From Selaginella moellendorffii (lineage: Eukaryota; Plantae; Lycopodiophyta), in contig NW_003314323.1 of NCBI RefSeq assembly GCF_000143415.4, forward strand, positions 500,499 through 564,498: 64,000 nucleotides of DNA, written 5' to 3'. Positions 13,232 through 26,914 of the stretch are shown here, one piece after another (position 1 is the first letter of the stretch; each line of letters starts with the position of its first letter). Below the pieces are notes generated by a model. It had not been told where the DNA came from, searched no databases, and saw nothing but the letters and a program-made list of their open reading frames with translations. A program made the position numbers and the translations under genes.

Positions 13232-14227
13232 TGAAAGCGACTAAATTTTCCATTCTACTTTAGTCACTTAACCACACCTCCAACCACTCGGAGGAGTCTC
13301 ACTCACAACCTCTGTAAGTCCTATTTCAGACTTGGGACTTGCTAGCCCCGAGAATGGCATCCATGCCACTCAACATTTGCACTTGGTCCAAGTGCTCCAC
13401 GTGTCCGAACCCATGACCGACACCCCAAGGTACCACCAACACATCAGCCTGTTACGCTAAGGCCATGCCCATTCACCTTGGTCACAACGATGGTCTAACA
13501 CCACCTGCATTCCAATCCTGTCTCTCAAAGACTGGGTCATCCGTCCATGAGTGATCATCCCAGATCCACTCCTTAACATCCTTAGGATGCCTACAGACAT
13601 GGGGAATAGCCTTCCCCAATATCTCTGTTCTGGTCCCCACCAAGTCCCTTTCTGTCCTTGGCTGTGTTCGCCAACACTGCCACTGGATCAAGGTCCACTG
13701 GCCCGACCACTAAGTCCCACTATCCTCTAGGACTTCCTCACTGTGTGACTGTGTCCTTGGTCACCACACTAGAGGGCTACCCCACTTCCTTTCCACAGTC
13801 TGGGACTTTGGGACACCATTTCGGAACACCGTGGCCCTACGCGGGCCTCATGGGTACTCTCCCCGCCTTCTGCCTTTGGGTGCTCTAGCCATGGGCTTAG
13901 AGCGAGGTTCCGTTGAGCCACACCAGGTATCCAAGTAGGTAGTGCCACCCACACTTGGACTGGGAGCATCGGCCAGACGATCTCCCGGGGGAACTAGAGC
14001 CGGCTCTTGAACACTTCACCAAGCTACCCCGCTTGTCGGTCTGTGTTCACTCTAGTCTTGGACTTCCCAATGGGCATCTCATCACCCAACACTGGGTCCA
14101 GCCTTCCTGGGCCAAACTGGCCTTTCCTAGCCAAACTGGCTCCACTACAGTCCTCCCCCTACTATACTTTTGGAGCTCACCAAACCCCCCAGGGTCTGGG
14201 AGACGAACGCTTTGGGCTTTCACCCTC

Positions 14228-14752
14228 TCAGACTCGGACTCGGACTCGGACTCGGGCTCAGGCTCGGTCTCAGCCTCGGCCTTGGTCTCGGTCTCGGTCC
14301 CGATCTCGGTCTCGGTCTCGGTCCCGGTCTCACTCCCGGTTTCGGTCTCGACTTCGGACTCCATCTCGGACTCCATCTCGGGTCCATCTCGGACTCCATC
14401 TCGGGTCCATCTCGGACTCCACCTCGGGTCCATCTCGGACTCCATCTCGGGTCCATCTCGGACTCCACCTCGGGTCCATCTCGGACTCCATCTCGGACTC
14501 CATATCGGACTCCACTTCGGGTCCATCTCGGACTCCATCTCGGACTCCATATCGGACTCCACTTCAGGTCCATCTCGGACTCCATTTCGGGTCCATCTCG
14601 GACTCCATCTCGGGTCCATCTTGGACTCCATCTCGGGTCCATCTCGGACTCCATCTCGGGTCCATCTCAGACTCCATCTCGGACTCCATTTCGGACTCCA
14701 CTTCGGGTCCATCTTGGACTCCAACTTGGGTCCGCCTCGGACTCCATCTCGA
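14228..14752. repeat. 6-mer/12-mer minisatellite (ctcgga, ctcggt; ctccatctcgga/gtccatctcgga) in the B 3' LTR
   Basis: Tandem units are directly visible. Confidence 0.95.
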
Positions 14753-15091
14753 ACACTTCCACGTGTCATGTGTTGGTCCTTTTTGGGTCCCTTTTTGGAG
14801 CCTTGCTTATTGGTTGCCTCGTGCTTGCTCCTCGAGCACTTTGTTGGGAGTTCCACTCCCGCTCTCAACCTTCCAAGTCAGAGCTTTTAGTCCAAACGTG
14901 TTATGCTCGTTTGGCTATCGCTTCGGCCACTACCACGTGGCACCCTTTCCAGCTCCACTTTGGGGCCTAGGGATTTTGTGTCTCACAACTCCACCACCCA
15001 TAGACGAAGTTCGATGTCTTCATCGAACGATAAACCACTTTATAAAGTAACACCCGCCTGTGTTACCATTTCCATCCTTGGCACCTAGCCA

Positions 15092-15220
15092 ATATTTGTC
15101 AATGGTTTGACATTGAAGGCTCACCATGCCTTCTCCATATTCGTCAATGGTTTGACATTGAAGGCTCACCATGCCTTTTGCATATTCCTCAATGGTTTGA
15201 CACCAAAGGCTCACCATGCC
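15092..15220. repeat. Three tandem ~45-bp units near the PPT of element B
   Basis: atattygtcaatggtttgaca...aaggctcaccatgcc repeated three times. Confidence 0.9.
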
Positions 15221-18200
15221 TTGCCTATCCTCTAAGGAGGGTAGTCTCCCCAACTTAGAGACATATTGGACTACATGTAGTGGTTCTCTCCTTTTATTGG
15301 TTTAGTTCTCGCTAAACCTTTTAGAGACCCTTCTCTAAATCAATCCCACTACTACGGATCACATCACAGTCACATCTAAGTCAATCACATCTACGGATGG
15401 CATCACACTGGATGCCTGGCGTGACTCCCCACGCCGGTGCACCAACCTATATTTAATGCGCGCTATAGATCACAGCTTAGGAACCTAGTTCCTCCCCACT
15501 GCCAAGTCCTCTCACTTGACAAGCCTGTGATCATGCATGGACTCCTCCATGCTTGGCCCCATGGCCCACCCTTTTTGAAGTTATCACCTTCAACTAGGGT
15601 ATTTGTTCCCCTGACTTGCCAATTTCGCTTTGGCAAGTCCTCCGACCACTGTAACATGGTTTTTGCACAAGCGTGAAAGCCCTTGATCATCGACTTTCGT
15701 TCAAAGCCTTCTCTTTGAACACTCGGGAACTACTTCCCTAACCTTGATAGCCCTGCCTCATGGCAAGCTTCAAGACCACGCTTCTGCTGTGCCACTCTGA
15801 TTTCGCGCGTTCCTTGAACCATTTACGCTTGGCCTTTCTAGGTATTAAGCTACCTAGAATCCTCTTTGGGAACCTTGAAGGAACTCTGTCCCTTAGCTTG
15901 CTAAGGCCCCCCTTTCTGCAAGCTTTCCCAATTACCATATAGTCTAACATGGACAGTTCCATATTTTAGACTCTCCATGGCATCACGGTTGCTAGCGGCA
16001 ACACCCTCGAGCCCCCACTTGATTCTCCACTCCCAGCTGGCATAACCAACCTTGGTTTTGCCCTTCGATTCCTATGGTTCGGTTCTATCCCCTTATTTCT
16101 TGCTTTTGGCTTCACACCTTTCCTTCGGTTATTCTCCTCCAGACCAGGAGGATAGCTTTGCACTTTCTATCATGCCTTAGCAAGTATTCTTAGGGATGAA
16201 CCTACCCGATAGCCTAGGGAGTGGTTCCTCAATCCAGGTATGCTCACCCTATAATCCCACACACCGGGATTACGTTGTTGCTTACGGGCCTTTGCATACC
16301 CATTGCTAGCCTTGCCAAAATTCTATTTTTGGCTTTGTCCAATTCGAGTAGACAGTTTTCTCCTGTCTCTGCCACCTTGGACATTTGGATAGCACCTACT
16401 ATCCATCATTCGCTAAGGACTTAGTCCCTTAGGCCTTATCTACTGCCCTCGCGACATCAAACACCACCTCCTGGTGTTCTGGAGTGTTCAGGTGTCCCAA
16501 TGACGGCTTCCTTGACAATGAGTATTTCCTTTTATGACATTGACTTACTATATCGCAACATAAGCAACTTATCCCCCGTAAGGGTATATCCAACTTCCTT
16601 ATGCCATTAAGAAGGCTTGGGTAGCTACCTTCTACCCGTTTAACCAATTATTTTGCACCTCTTGCTTAGTTTCCTCGTAGTTGTCAAGTCCTACAACTCA
16701 TTGCTGGTGCTTCCACACCTCCATCATTATCTGGGTCACCACACTCCAATTGCATGCTCTGCAGCTTAGGCTATGCCATTCCCATTTTTATTGGGATTCC
16801 TTTGGCAAGGGGTTCTCATGAACCCACCAACATAGCCTCAAAGTATTACACCTTGGCACATTTGGTGTCTCCACACCATCGACTCCACGAGCCTACCTCT
16901 ATGACATTTCTTCTTTGTGTCTAAGTCTTTGCCAAGACCCATACCACGCTTTCTCATGCCAACCATCCATTAGCACTGCATCATAGAGGTCACACACAAC
17001 TTTGTGTCCAAGTTGTTTTCTTTTTGGGAATACCTTTCCCACGACTTTAGCATGACACATTTTGCCATCAATGAGATACCCTCTGTTCTCATCCTTGGAT
17101 CCTACGATCCCCCCCCATCCTTTGTGGGGTACAACACACCTCAGTCCAAATGCTTCTATCAGTCCTTTTAGGACCATCCCTTGACTCTACTTGAGTCATC
17201 CAGCAGTTTTGGACTTGGTTAATCCACAGACCCGTAAGGTCCTACTTGTGAGGCACTAGCTCACTGGAATACACTTCTTGCATTCCTGTCCTACTCAAAA
17301 GGACTATTTTCACAAGTGTTACTCTGACACTTGATTTTGTTCTCTGGGGGCAACCTTTGCCCCTTAGGACTACTTGTCCATGTGATGAGAATACCAACTC
17401 ATCCACTTAATACACCCCCAACTCCTTGGGTTGTTCCAGCATTTATTAGAGGTAGCCCCGGCTACCATTTCGAGGACTCGTATCCTCATCCATACTTGAC
17501 CTCTCACGGTTATCCATTCCGGTCTCACCTTCATGAGCACCAGCCTCAACTATATGAGGATAATCTTGTGACTCCTTTATTGCTTTGGAGTCTTTATCTT
17601 TCCCGTGATCCCAACTATAGTTGTTTACCACAACTACATTAGCCAGTTTGCTAAGTCAAAAGCTCACCTGGATCACCTTCTCAACTCAATGAGGAAAACC
17701 TTGTACTGTTCCCAAGATCCCAAAGTTGTTCCATTATTGGCCCCTTTTCTATCCACCACCTTGTCTACAAGTTCACACATGAACTGTAATGGAGAGCCAT
17801 GTCTTCCTGACTTGCTACTCCTCAAGGATAGGCCCACTCCTCGGACCTTCTGATGCCAACACCAGTGGTGATATACTTGAGCACCAATAAAAGTCGGACT
17901 AAGGAACAGCTCTGATACCAAATTGAAAGCGACTAAATTTTCCATTCTACTTTAGTCACTTAACCACACCTTCAACCACTCGGAGGAGTCTCACTCACAA
18001 CCTCCGTAAGTCCTATTTCAGACTTGGGACTTGCTAGCCCCGAGAATGGCATCCATGCCACTCAACATTTGCACTTGGTCCAAGTGCTCCACGTGTCCGA
18101 ACCCATGACCGACACCCCAAGGTACCACCAACACATCAGCCTGTTACGCTAAGGCCATGCCCATTCACCTTGGTCACAACGATGGTCTAACACCACCTGC

Positions 18201-18918
18201 ATTCCAATCCTGTCTCTCAAAGACTGGGTCATCCGTCCATGAGTGATCATCCCAGATCCACTCCTTAACATCCTTAGGATGCCTACAGACATGGGGAATA
18301 GCCTTCCCCAATATCTCTGTTCCGGTCCCCACCAAGTCCCTTTCTGTCCTTGGCTGTGTTCGCCAACACTGCCACTGGATCAAGGTCCACTGGCTCGACC
18401 ATTAAGTCCCACTATCCTCTAGGACTTCCTCACTGTGTGACTGTGTCCTTGGTCACCACACTAGAGGGCTACCCCACTTCCTTTCCACAGTCTGGGACTT
18501 TGGGACACCATTTCGGAACACCGTGGCCCTACGCAGGCCTCATGGGTACTCTCCCCGCCTTCTGCCTTTGGGTGCTCTAGCCATGGGCTTAGAGCGAGGT
18601 TCCGTTGAGCCACACCAGGTATCCAAGTAGGTAGTGCCACCCACACTTGGACTGGGAGCATCGGCCAGACGATCTCCCGGGGGAACTAGAGCCGGCTCTT
18701 GAACACTTCACCAAGCTACCCTGCTTGTCGGTCCGTGTTCACTCTAGTCTTGGACTTCCCAGTGGGCATCTCATCACCTAACACTGGGTCCAGCCTTCCT
18801 GGGCCAAACTGGCCTTTCCTGGCCAAACTGGCTCCACTACAGTCCTCCCCCTACTATACTTTTGGAGCTCACCAAACCCCCCAGGGTCTGGGAGACGAAC
18901 GCTTTGGGCTTTCACCCT

Positions 18919-19470
18919 CTCAGACTCGGAATCGGACTCGGACTCGGACTCGGACTCGGGCTCGGGCTCGGTCTCAGCCTCGGCCTTGGTCTCGGTCTCG
19001 GTCCCGATCTCGGTCTCGGTCTCGGTCCCGGTCTCGGTCCCGGTCTCGGTCTCGACTTTGGACTCCATCTCGGACTCCATCTCGGGTCCATCTCGGACTC
19101 CATCTCGGGTCCATCTCGGACTCCACCTCGGGTCCATCTCGAACTCCATCTCAGACTCCATCTCGAACTCCATCTCAGACTCCATCTCGGGTCCATCTCA
19201 GACTCCATCTCGGGTCCATCTCGGACTCCACTTCGGGTCCATCTCGGACTCCATCTCGGACTCCATATCAGACTCCACTTCGGGTCCATCTCGGACTCCA
19301 TCTCGGACTCCATATCGGACTCCACTTCAGGTCCATCTCGGACTCCATCTCGGGTCCATCTCAGACTCCATCTCGGGTCCATCTCAGACTCCATCTCGGA
19401 CTCCATTTCGGACTCCACTTCGGGTCCATCTTGGACTCCAACTTGGGTCCGCCTCGGACTCCATCTCGGA
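18919..19470. repeat. Same minisatellite in the B 5' LTR, with a different unit order
   Basis: Tandem units are directly visible. Confidence 0.95.
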
Positions 19471-19854
19471 CACTTCCACGTGTCATGTGTTGGTCCTTTT
19501 TGGGTCCCTTTTTGGAGCCTTGCTTATTGGTTGCCTCGTGCTTGCTCCTCGAGCACTTTGTTAGGAGTTCCACTCCCGCTCTCGACCTTCCAAGTCGGAG
19601 CTTTTAGTCCAAACGTGTTATGCTCGTTTGGCTATCGCTTCGGCCACTACCACGTGGCACCCTTTCCAGCTCCACTTTGGGGCCTAGGGATTTTGTGTCT
19701 CACACTAAGTTAAAAAGCAAGCTTAAAGTTGGCAATATTCAACACGACAACAACCTTTTGAGATAATGTACAGATAGCATATGGGGATGATGGTCTAATA
19801 CAAGAAGTGTTGTTAAAAAAGCAAGAAGCACAAAATGCTCACTAGAGAGGCGAG

Positions 19855-22800
19855 TGTAGCGCACGTGGTTTTGACCCTTTATCCTATGGTGATTTACTAT
19901 AGGATAACGCCACAAAGCGGAACCTAAACCCTCTTTGTGCCATGTGACAGATGCCACGTGTCACATACCACGTGTCTAAAGGAACGTGGTGTGGAACCCA
20001 AGGTTCAGGGCCTTGGGCCACTGAACGAGGGAACGGTGCCAAACTCCCCCAAGCATGAAGCCAAGGAGTGATGGAACAGAACTATAGAGCAACTCCCAAG
20101 CATATAGCCCAAGGAGTGAAGAGATAGGAGCCCAGAGCAACTTGGAACAGTCCTGGAGCAACCAACATCCCAATGCCAAGACTAGCACGCAAAACGGAGC
20201 CAAACGGAGTTTGGCACTATTTCGGCATATTGGTGGCCTAACGCGAGGACATGGGTACTCCACCAGCTAGCATGGAATGGAACTTAGGCTTAGACCCAAG
20301 CCGGACGTAGAACAAGAACAAGCACGCAAACAGGAGCTAGACTATGCCTCAGGTTGGTCGGCCATGCCCAACCTACCCACTATCCCTATTATACATTTGG
20401 AACCCCCCACAACTCCCCCCCCTCCCTTGAGGAACACATGTTTTGGGCTTTCACCCCAAGCCTCCCTTAGTATCAGGAGTTAGTCTCTGGGACAAGCTCG
20501 AAACTTACTAAATATGGAATGTCCCTAGATTGCGAATTTGGACACAGGACGAACACCATTATGTTTAGGACGATCTCTACATTCCGTAGATATGCCAAAT
20601 GAGCAAATTTGGACACTTTCCATAAATAGCATTTGGGACCGAAATGAGACAAACACAAAGGGCATGATAGCGAGGGTGTTTGGCAGACACAGTAAGCTAT
20701 CATCTAGCGATATTGAGGGACCAATCTCAATATCGCGGGGGTTCTTGATACTAGCAAGTGCAAGCCAATGACAAGAGTTTCTCAAACCAGGCCGAGTATG
20801 CTTAGCAAGAAACACATAGGGTTCCTACTTTATGTTTATCCGATCTAAGTACATGGTCATTGACCAATTTCTTAACTAGCTCAAGTGAGAAACTGATAAC
20901 GGGTCCAACAATACTGACCTCCTGCCATCGTGGCAGTAAGGAAAGAATATCCGAAAGGACTAGCCGACAGGTAGAATACCACCAAGGAAACAACTCCAGA
21001 AAAAGTTCACGGTATTCACACTATGTGAGAAATGCACCAACTTAAATGAGTTAGGAGGCAACCTTTTTGTGTAATGCAGATGCGCTACCAGCTCAGACAT
21101 CTTCCGGCCGTCGCCGACAAGGAAATGACCAACGGAGTTAGCCACCCTTGCTGCTCTAGGAAAGGAACATCGACAGAGGTGGGTTATGTGACCAGTCGAC
21201 AATAACTACCCCATGACTAAAGATTTCAACATGCACATGAAGTGCTGAGGCCAGTCTGCCTATACTGGCCCAAACTCAAAGATCAATAGATGGACATTAT
21301 CAAAGTCAAAGACAATGATATCTTAGAGACTTAATTACTAGTGATTAAATCTTAGATTAGAACACAATAGTATTCTAAGTAAGTTATCATCCGATAAACC
21401 AGTAGTATAGTATAGGAACCTCCAAGATCATCATAATTGGTAAATATAGGAATTAGCATCCAACAAAATTCAATAGCAAGTATATCATCAAGGGAATTCA
21501 ATAATGAAACTTAACTATCGAAGATGGTAGACAATATGCTAAACAATTTACGAAAGAGAACTCAAATAATACAAAGTATCAGTGACTGACAATCAGAATG
21601 CTCGTGAATGTATCACCCAAAGGAAATAACATCTCAATCTATCAGAGTTAACTCAAGCAACAATCAACAGAATAGAATGAATGTTGCATGGCCAACAAAC
21701 ACTCGTTCATGCCAACTATTGCACTAGCTAATCTTTATAGATCCCAGTCAATAATACAAAGGAACTAGAGTTGCTCAAACAAGTGTTAGCAACATTCTAC
21801 CGACGTCTCAAATTCAAGAGACCAATCCAGAGCAAACCACAAAGAACATGTGGTATTGCGAAAAGCCAAAAGCCATCAAAAAGAACAACTAACCATCATG
21901 AAAAAACATCAATCATCCCATCAAGAAAGAGATGCATAATCATCGTTGAAGAAAGAATCTACCATCCCGAAGAACAGCAACTTAGTCTATATCAACAATA
22001 ATCAAGCAAAACTCTTGACAAGGATAATCAACTATCTAAGATGATAGTCAATCATCACCAATGATTGCCAAATGCAAATACTAACTTCAACATCGAAACT
22101 AAAGAGCCAAAAATGCCTTCCCTAACAACTCCTAATAAATGGAACAATGAGCATAAAACTCAAAGAACTAAAAGTTTTAAGAAGCCTATAGCCAAGTCAT
22201 GCATAGCAATGATCACGAGTCTCACATAAATTAATTTTAGTGCTAAAGAAGAAAATCAACAACATCCTCCTCAACACATCCATAAGCTAAACTTCATAAT
22301 GCAAAGCTAATGAAGAGCATGTTTGCATCAATCCAAAAGCTAAGTATAATGAAGCTATACTCAACAAGTGATCACCAAACGATCCTCCATGAATCCATCT
22401 ATAACAAGACGTAACTCACTTCATAAAAGCACAAGAAGAATCATCAATGATTGATATATTCCAACTCAAACCCAATAAGGATTCAAATTTTTTAATATCG
22501 ATCACTAACTCTTCCATTTGCAGAGTTAGCATAGTCCACGATTGAATCATTTTTCAAAGAAAAGCCAAAGCTCAACCCCTACTAAATAATCTCGTCTAGA
22601 ATACAACTAACTCAAACTTGCCACTCAATTCATTTGAACGTCAACATAGTTGCTAACTAGCAAATGCGCGAATGCTAATAACACAAAGCTATAACCAAAT
22701 CATCAACACTATCTTTATCGAGACTAATGAAACTCAATATCAATCCTAAGGTGAGACATTTCATTTCATTTGAATCTCAACACCAATAATGTCAACGACA

Positions 22801-25800
22801 AAGCATCACTTCAATGCCATCAACACCATAACAAAGCTAAAAGAAAGCATGAGTGAATCACCACCCAAAGCTCTTTAGCAACCAAGCTAACCAAAGTCGA
22901 AGATACCTTAGTCAGTATCCGAGATTAATTCTTCAGCAAAACTCAGTTATAGATAAAACTTCATCAAGGAGTGAATCACCACATCCAAGACTCAATGAAA
23001 TCAACACTACGAACTAAACGCAACCAAATGATATCAACAAAGGTAGAGTCAATATGCCTGCCAACATGGAAAACCCATGTAAGACTAATGACACGATCCT
23101 CCGCAACACCATCCGGTAAAGCAAGCCCATCACTGCTAAATCTTCATCGAGTGAAGAAAGTGTCAATAGTCCTTGACAAAGTCTACAAGTAATCACTAGT
23201 CGCAAAGCAGCTAACAATCATTCTTCAACTTGCCTTCACCAGACCCAACACTAAACTCACGTCATTGAGTTATATACTTGTCCAACATGAACGTAATACC
23301 CCAGGTACGAGATAAAGGTTCATGGACAAACACGAACTAAATGACCACTCGAATCCAACTCAACCGCAATAAGCTCACTAACACATCTAGTCAATAGCTC
23401 TAAGCATGCCTTGAAGAGGCTAGCTATGCGTGACCAATACTCAGCCGAAACTAAAGTGAAGACCATGAGATGGACTCACATCAGTACACAACCTCTTCAT
23501 AGACAAAGCTATAATACGGGTACCAACATCTCAACCTTAAACAACTAAGTTGGACATCACCATCCTCATCCAAGGTGTAGGGCCACCAAGACTAAGTCAA
23601 GATCAGTGAGAGCTCACTACTCTCATAGAGTTTAACGAAATGCAAGATGCAACCTGCCACCGAGCATAATGCTACAGAATAAAGGCACAAGAGTCACCCT
23701 TCTTAAAAAAGCGCAATGGCCACTTTTCTACACTAACTCTAGACTCTATTCAACTCAATTGCCTTAGCTCCAAAAGTCAGCATTCTTTTCAGGCCGCATC
23801 ATACAAACTACCTACTAAAGTCTAAGCTAACCAAAGTCAACTCCAACCCCTTCACTTAGTTTGTACTGGCTTACGAAAACGGAATGGTTTTCAAACAAGG
23901 TGATAACAGATCAGCCATTAGAAAAGCTTTAGAAAATTTATGGAAAATTTTCCAATCCTAGAGAAAGAATGACTCCCAGTCTAGGAATGCAAACTTTCAA
24001 GACTCAACCAACTTTCTCTTACTAACAACTTCACATAGGTTCACCTTAACACCAATTCTCATGACCCAATAACATGCTTAAGTATTAAACATCTTTTTTT
24101 TTTTTTTTTTGTCTATATATCTAACATCCAACACTGATATCCACAAAATGCAAAGTGAACATCCAAGGCTTGATCATGAAGACCACATCTTCGGATATCC
24201 ACCCTGCATTAACACTCTTTTTCAACCATCTTCAAGATCCAATGAGAAGCTAAAACACTAACAAGAAAAATGACATGGAAAATCAAGTTCTAAGGAAAAT
24301 TCCTCATCACTCAAATAACAATGCCACTTCCACTAACACAAGTGTTAGTGATGTCAATGCCTCAACTACACACTTTCTCCATCCAATAATCTACTCCAAG
24401 TGTTAACAGATCAATCATCAAACTATAGCAAGTGAATGCTACAACCCCTTTTCCAACACCTTATGGGCAAACCCTTCAAGGAACAAAGAACAAGGAACCA
24501 ACTTAAGCTTAGCATAATGGAACACTATTGAGAATTCAGTTAAAGCTACTACAATGTTACTACGTGCAAGTAGACTAGCTTCACCATCAACCACTTTAGG
24601 GTTGATCATCGTTTAACCAAGCAACTTGGTAAACACATTACTCATTATCACATGGATATGATATAAAAATCACAATAATTTGATCATCAATTAAGCAACA
24701 CTATGAGCAATGCACATGTCACTACTACAAAGGTTTATATGAATATCAAATGTTAACTCAACTTGACAAAATGCAACATAAATGCCACACTCCACCGATA
24801 GAGATTTACAACACTTAACACCATTAACTTTTGTTCACAACACGGACAAGTTCATGCTACTCTCTTTCCGACCAAACTCAAAACTAATCCAACACCAAGC
24901 TACTCAAGAAGCAATAACAAGGTTCCTGGAAAAGAATTAAGCATTGCAACTCAAAGTCTTCCAATAGCAAGCTTAGACAAAATGGTTTAACGTTTCACCG
25001 CTATCCATCCCATGACTCACCATTTGTAAGACTATCATAACCAACATGCATCAAGGTAGGGACTTTTGATTGCATGATGTGAACACAAGCAATGAGTTAA
25101 CACTTTGTTGCAAATCATTTCTTCAAAAAGAGAAAATGATTTATGTGTTTGATCCTTCGTCCCTGAAAAACTCTCTTTTTGGTCTCATCTTTGACCAAAC
25201 CTCAAGCTTGCTTTCACACTGCCTTTAGTTTGATCCAAGAAAAGTTTATGAGAGAGCATAGCAATGACTACTTGAATCAATAGACTAATCCCTACAGTCT
25301 TGATTAATACACTTGTAATCATGCCTAGAAAGGATCCACTAGTGCCGTGCTAAATAGCTACGGACCCGCCTATTTGCCACTCATAGCAAACCCAGGTAAG
25401 GTTTACTTTCACCCATGGTATATGGAACAACTCACGGAACTATTGGAACAACTCATGGAACCATTGATAGGCTGATATTAATCCTGCCAACTCAAAGTGT
25501 GACCTCGAGTTGCTAATGTGCCTCACTCACGAGCTCAAGCGCAAACTCGTGCAAACGGAACATCTCAAATCCATCCTATGAGCCTAAGAGCAAGCTCACA
25601 TTATTACGGTAACAAAAGGTAACAAAAACCATACCCAAGGAATGATTGTGAAGCCTTTGCACCAAAACGTGTACCCACTTGGATCATCATTTTCATCTCT
25701 GCATATGCAATGAGACTAGTTGCCCAATCTCATTGGATAGCACTCGTTGAGACATATGCTTTGATACCAAATGTAGCGCACGTGGTTTTGACCCTTTATC

Positions 25801-26909
25801 CTATGGTGATTTACCATAGGATAACACCACAAAGTGGAACCTAAACCCTCTTTGTGCCATGTGGCAGATGCCACGTGTCCAAAGGAATGTGGTGTGGAAC
25901 CCAAGGTTCAGGGCCTTGAGCCACTGAATGAGGGAACGGTGCCAAACTCCCCCAAGCATGAAGCCAAGGAGTGATGGAACCGGACCACGGAGCAACTCCC
26001 AAGTATACAGCCTAAGGAGTGAAGGGACAGGAGCCCAGAGCGACTTGGAACAGTCCTAGAGCAACCAACATCCCAATGCCAGGACCAGCACGCAAAACGG
26101 AGCCAAATGGAGTCTGGCACTATTTCGGCATACTAGTGGCCTAACGCGAGGCCATGGGTACTCCACCAGCTAGCATGGAATGGAACTTAGGCTTAGACCC
26201 AAGCCGGACGCAGAACAAGGACAGGCATGCAAGCGGGAGCTAGACTATGCCTCAGGTTGGTCGGCCATGCCCGACCTACCCACTATCCCTATTATACATT
26301 TGGAACCCCCACAGCCCCCCCCCTCGCCCCCTTGAGGAACACACACTTTGGGCTTTCACCCCAAGCCTCCCTTAGTATCAGGAGTTAGTCTCTGGGACAA
26401 GCTCGAAACTTACTAAATATGGAATGTCCCTAGATTGCGAATTTGGACACGGGACGAACACCATTGTGTTCAAGACGATCTCTACATTCCGTATATATGC
26501 CAAATGAGCAAATTTGGACACTTTCCATAAATAGCATTTGGGACCGAAATGAGACAAACACAAAGGGCATGATAGCGAGGGTGTTTGGCAAGCACGGTAA
26601 GCTATCATCTAGCGATATTGAGGGACCAATCTCAATATTGTGGGGGTTCTTGATACTAGCAAGTGCAAGCCAATAACAGGAGTTTCTCAAACCAAGCCGA
26701 GTATGCTCAGCAAGAAACACATAGGGTTCCTACCTTATGTTTATCCGATCTAAGTACACGGTCATTGACCAGTTTCTCAACTAGCTCAAGTGGGAAACTG
26801 ATAACGGGTCCAACAATACTGACCTCCTGCCATCGTGGCAGTAAGGAAAGAATATCCGAAAGGACTAGCCGACAGGTAACTTTCGATACCCGAAGTCACA
26901 TTCGCGACA
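19855..26909 (-). mobile_element. Non-autonomous LTR element, family A copy 2 (element C)
   Basis: LTRs 19855-~20973 (end and PPT deleted) and 25772-26909. Perfect TSD gcgag (19850-19854 and 26910-26914). PBS tggtatcaaagc. Interior colinear with copy 1. Confidence 0.93.
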
Positions 26910-26914
26910 GCGAG

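Larger units (their letters stand above)
13232..19704 (-). mobile_element. Non-autonomous LTR element, family B, with minisatellite-bearing LTRs
   Basis: LTRs 13232-14987 and 17924-19704. Perfect TSD ctaag (13227-13231 and 19705-19709). Perfect iMet PBS tggtatcagagc at 17909-17920. PPT-like ggtggtggagt. The ~2.9 kb interior is non-coding. Confidence 0.95.

Noticed and set aside
14228-14752. CRISPR-like regular repeats
   Set aside because: There are no unique spacers; this is a eukaryotic LTR minisatellite.
13955-15050. Long overlapping ORFs (up to 347 aa; also 18699-19713) with SR-, GL- or SD-rich repeats
   Set aside because: They are translations of the stop-free LTR minisatellite and are open in most frames on both strands.
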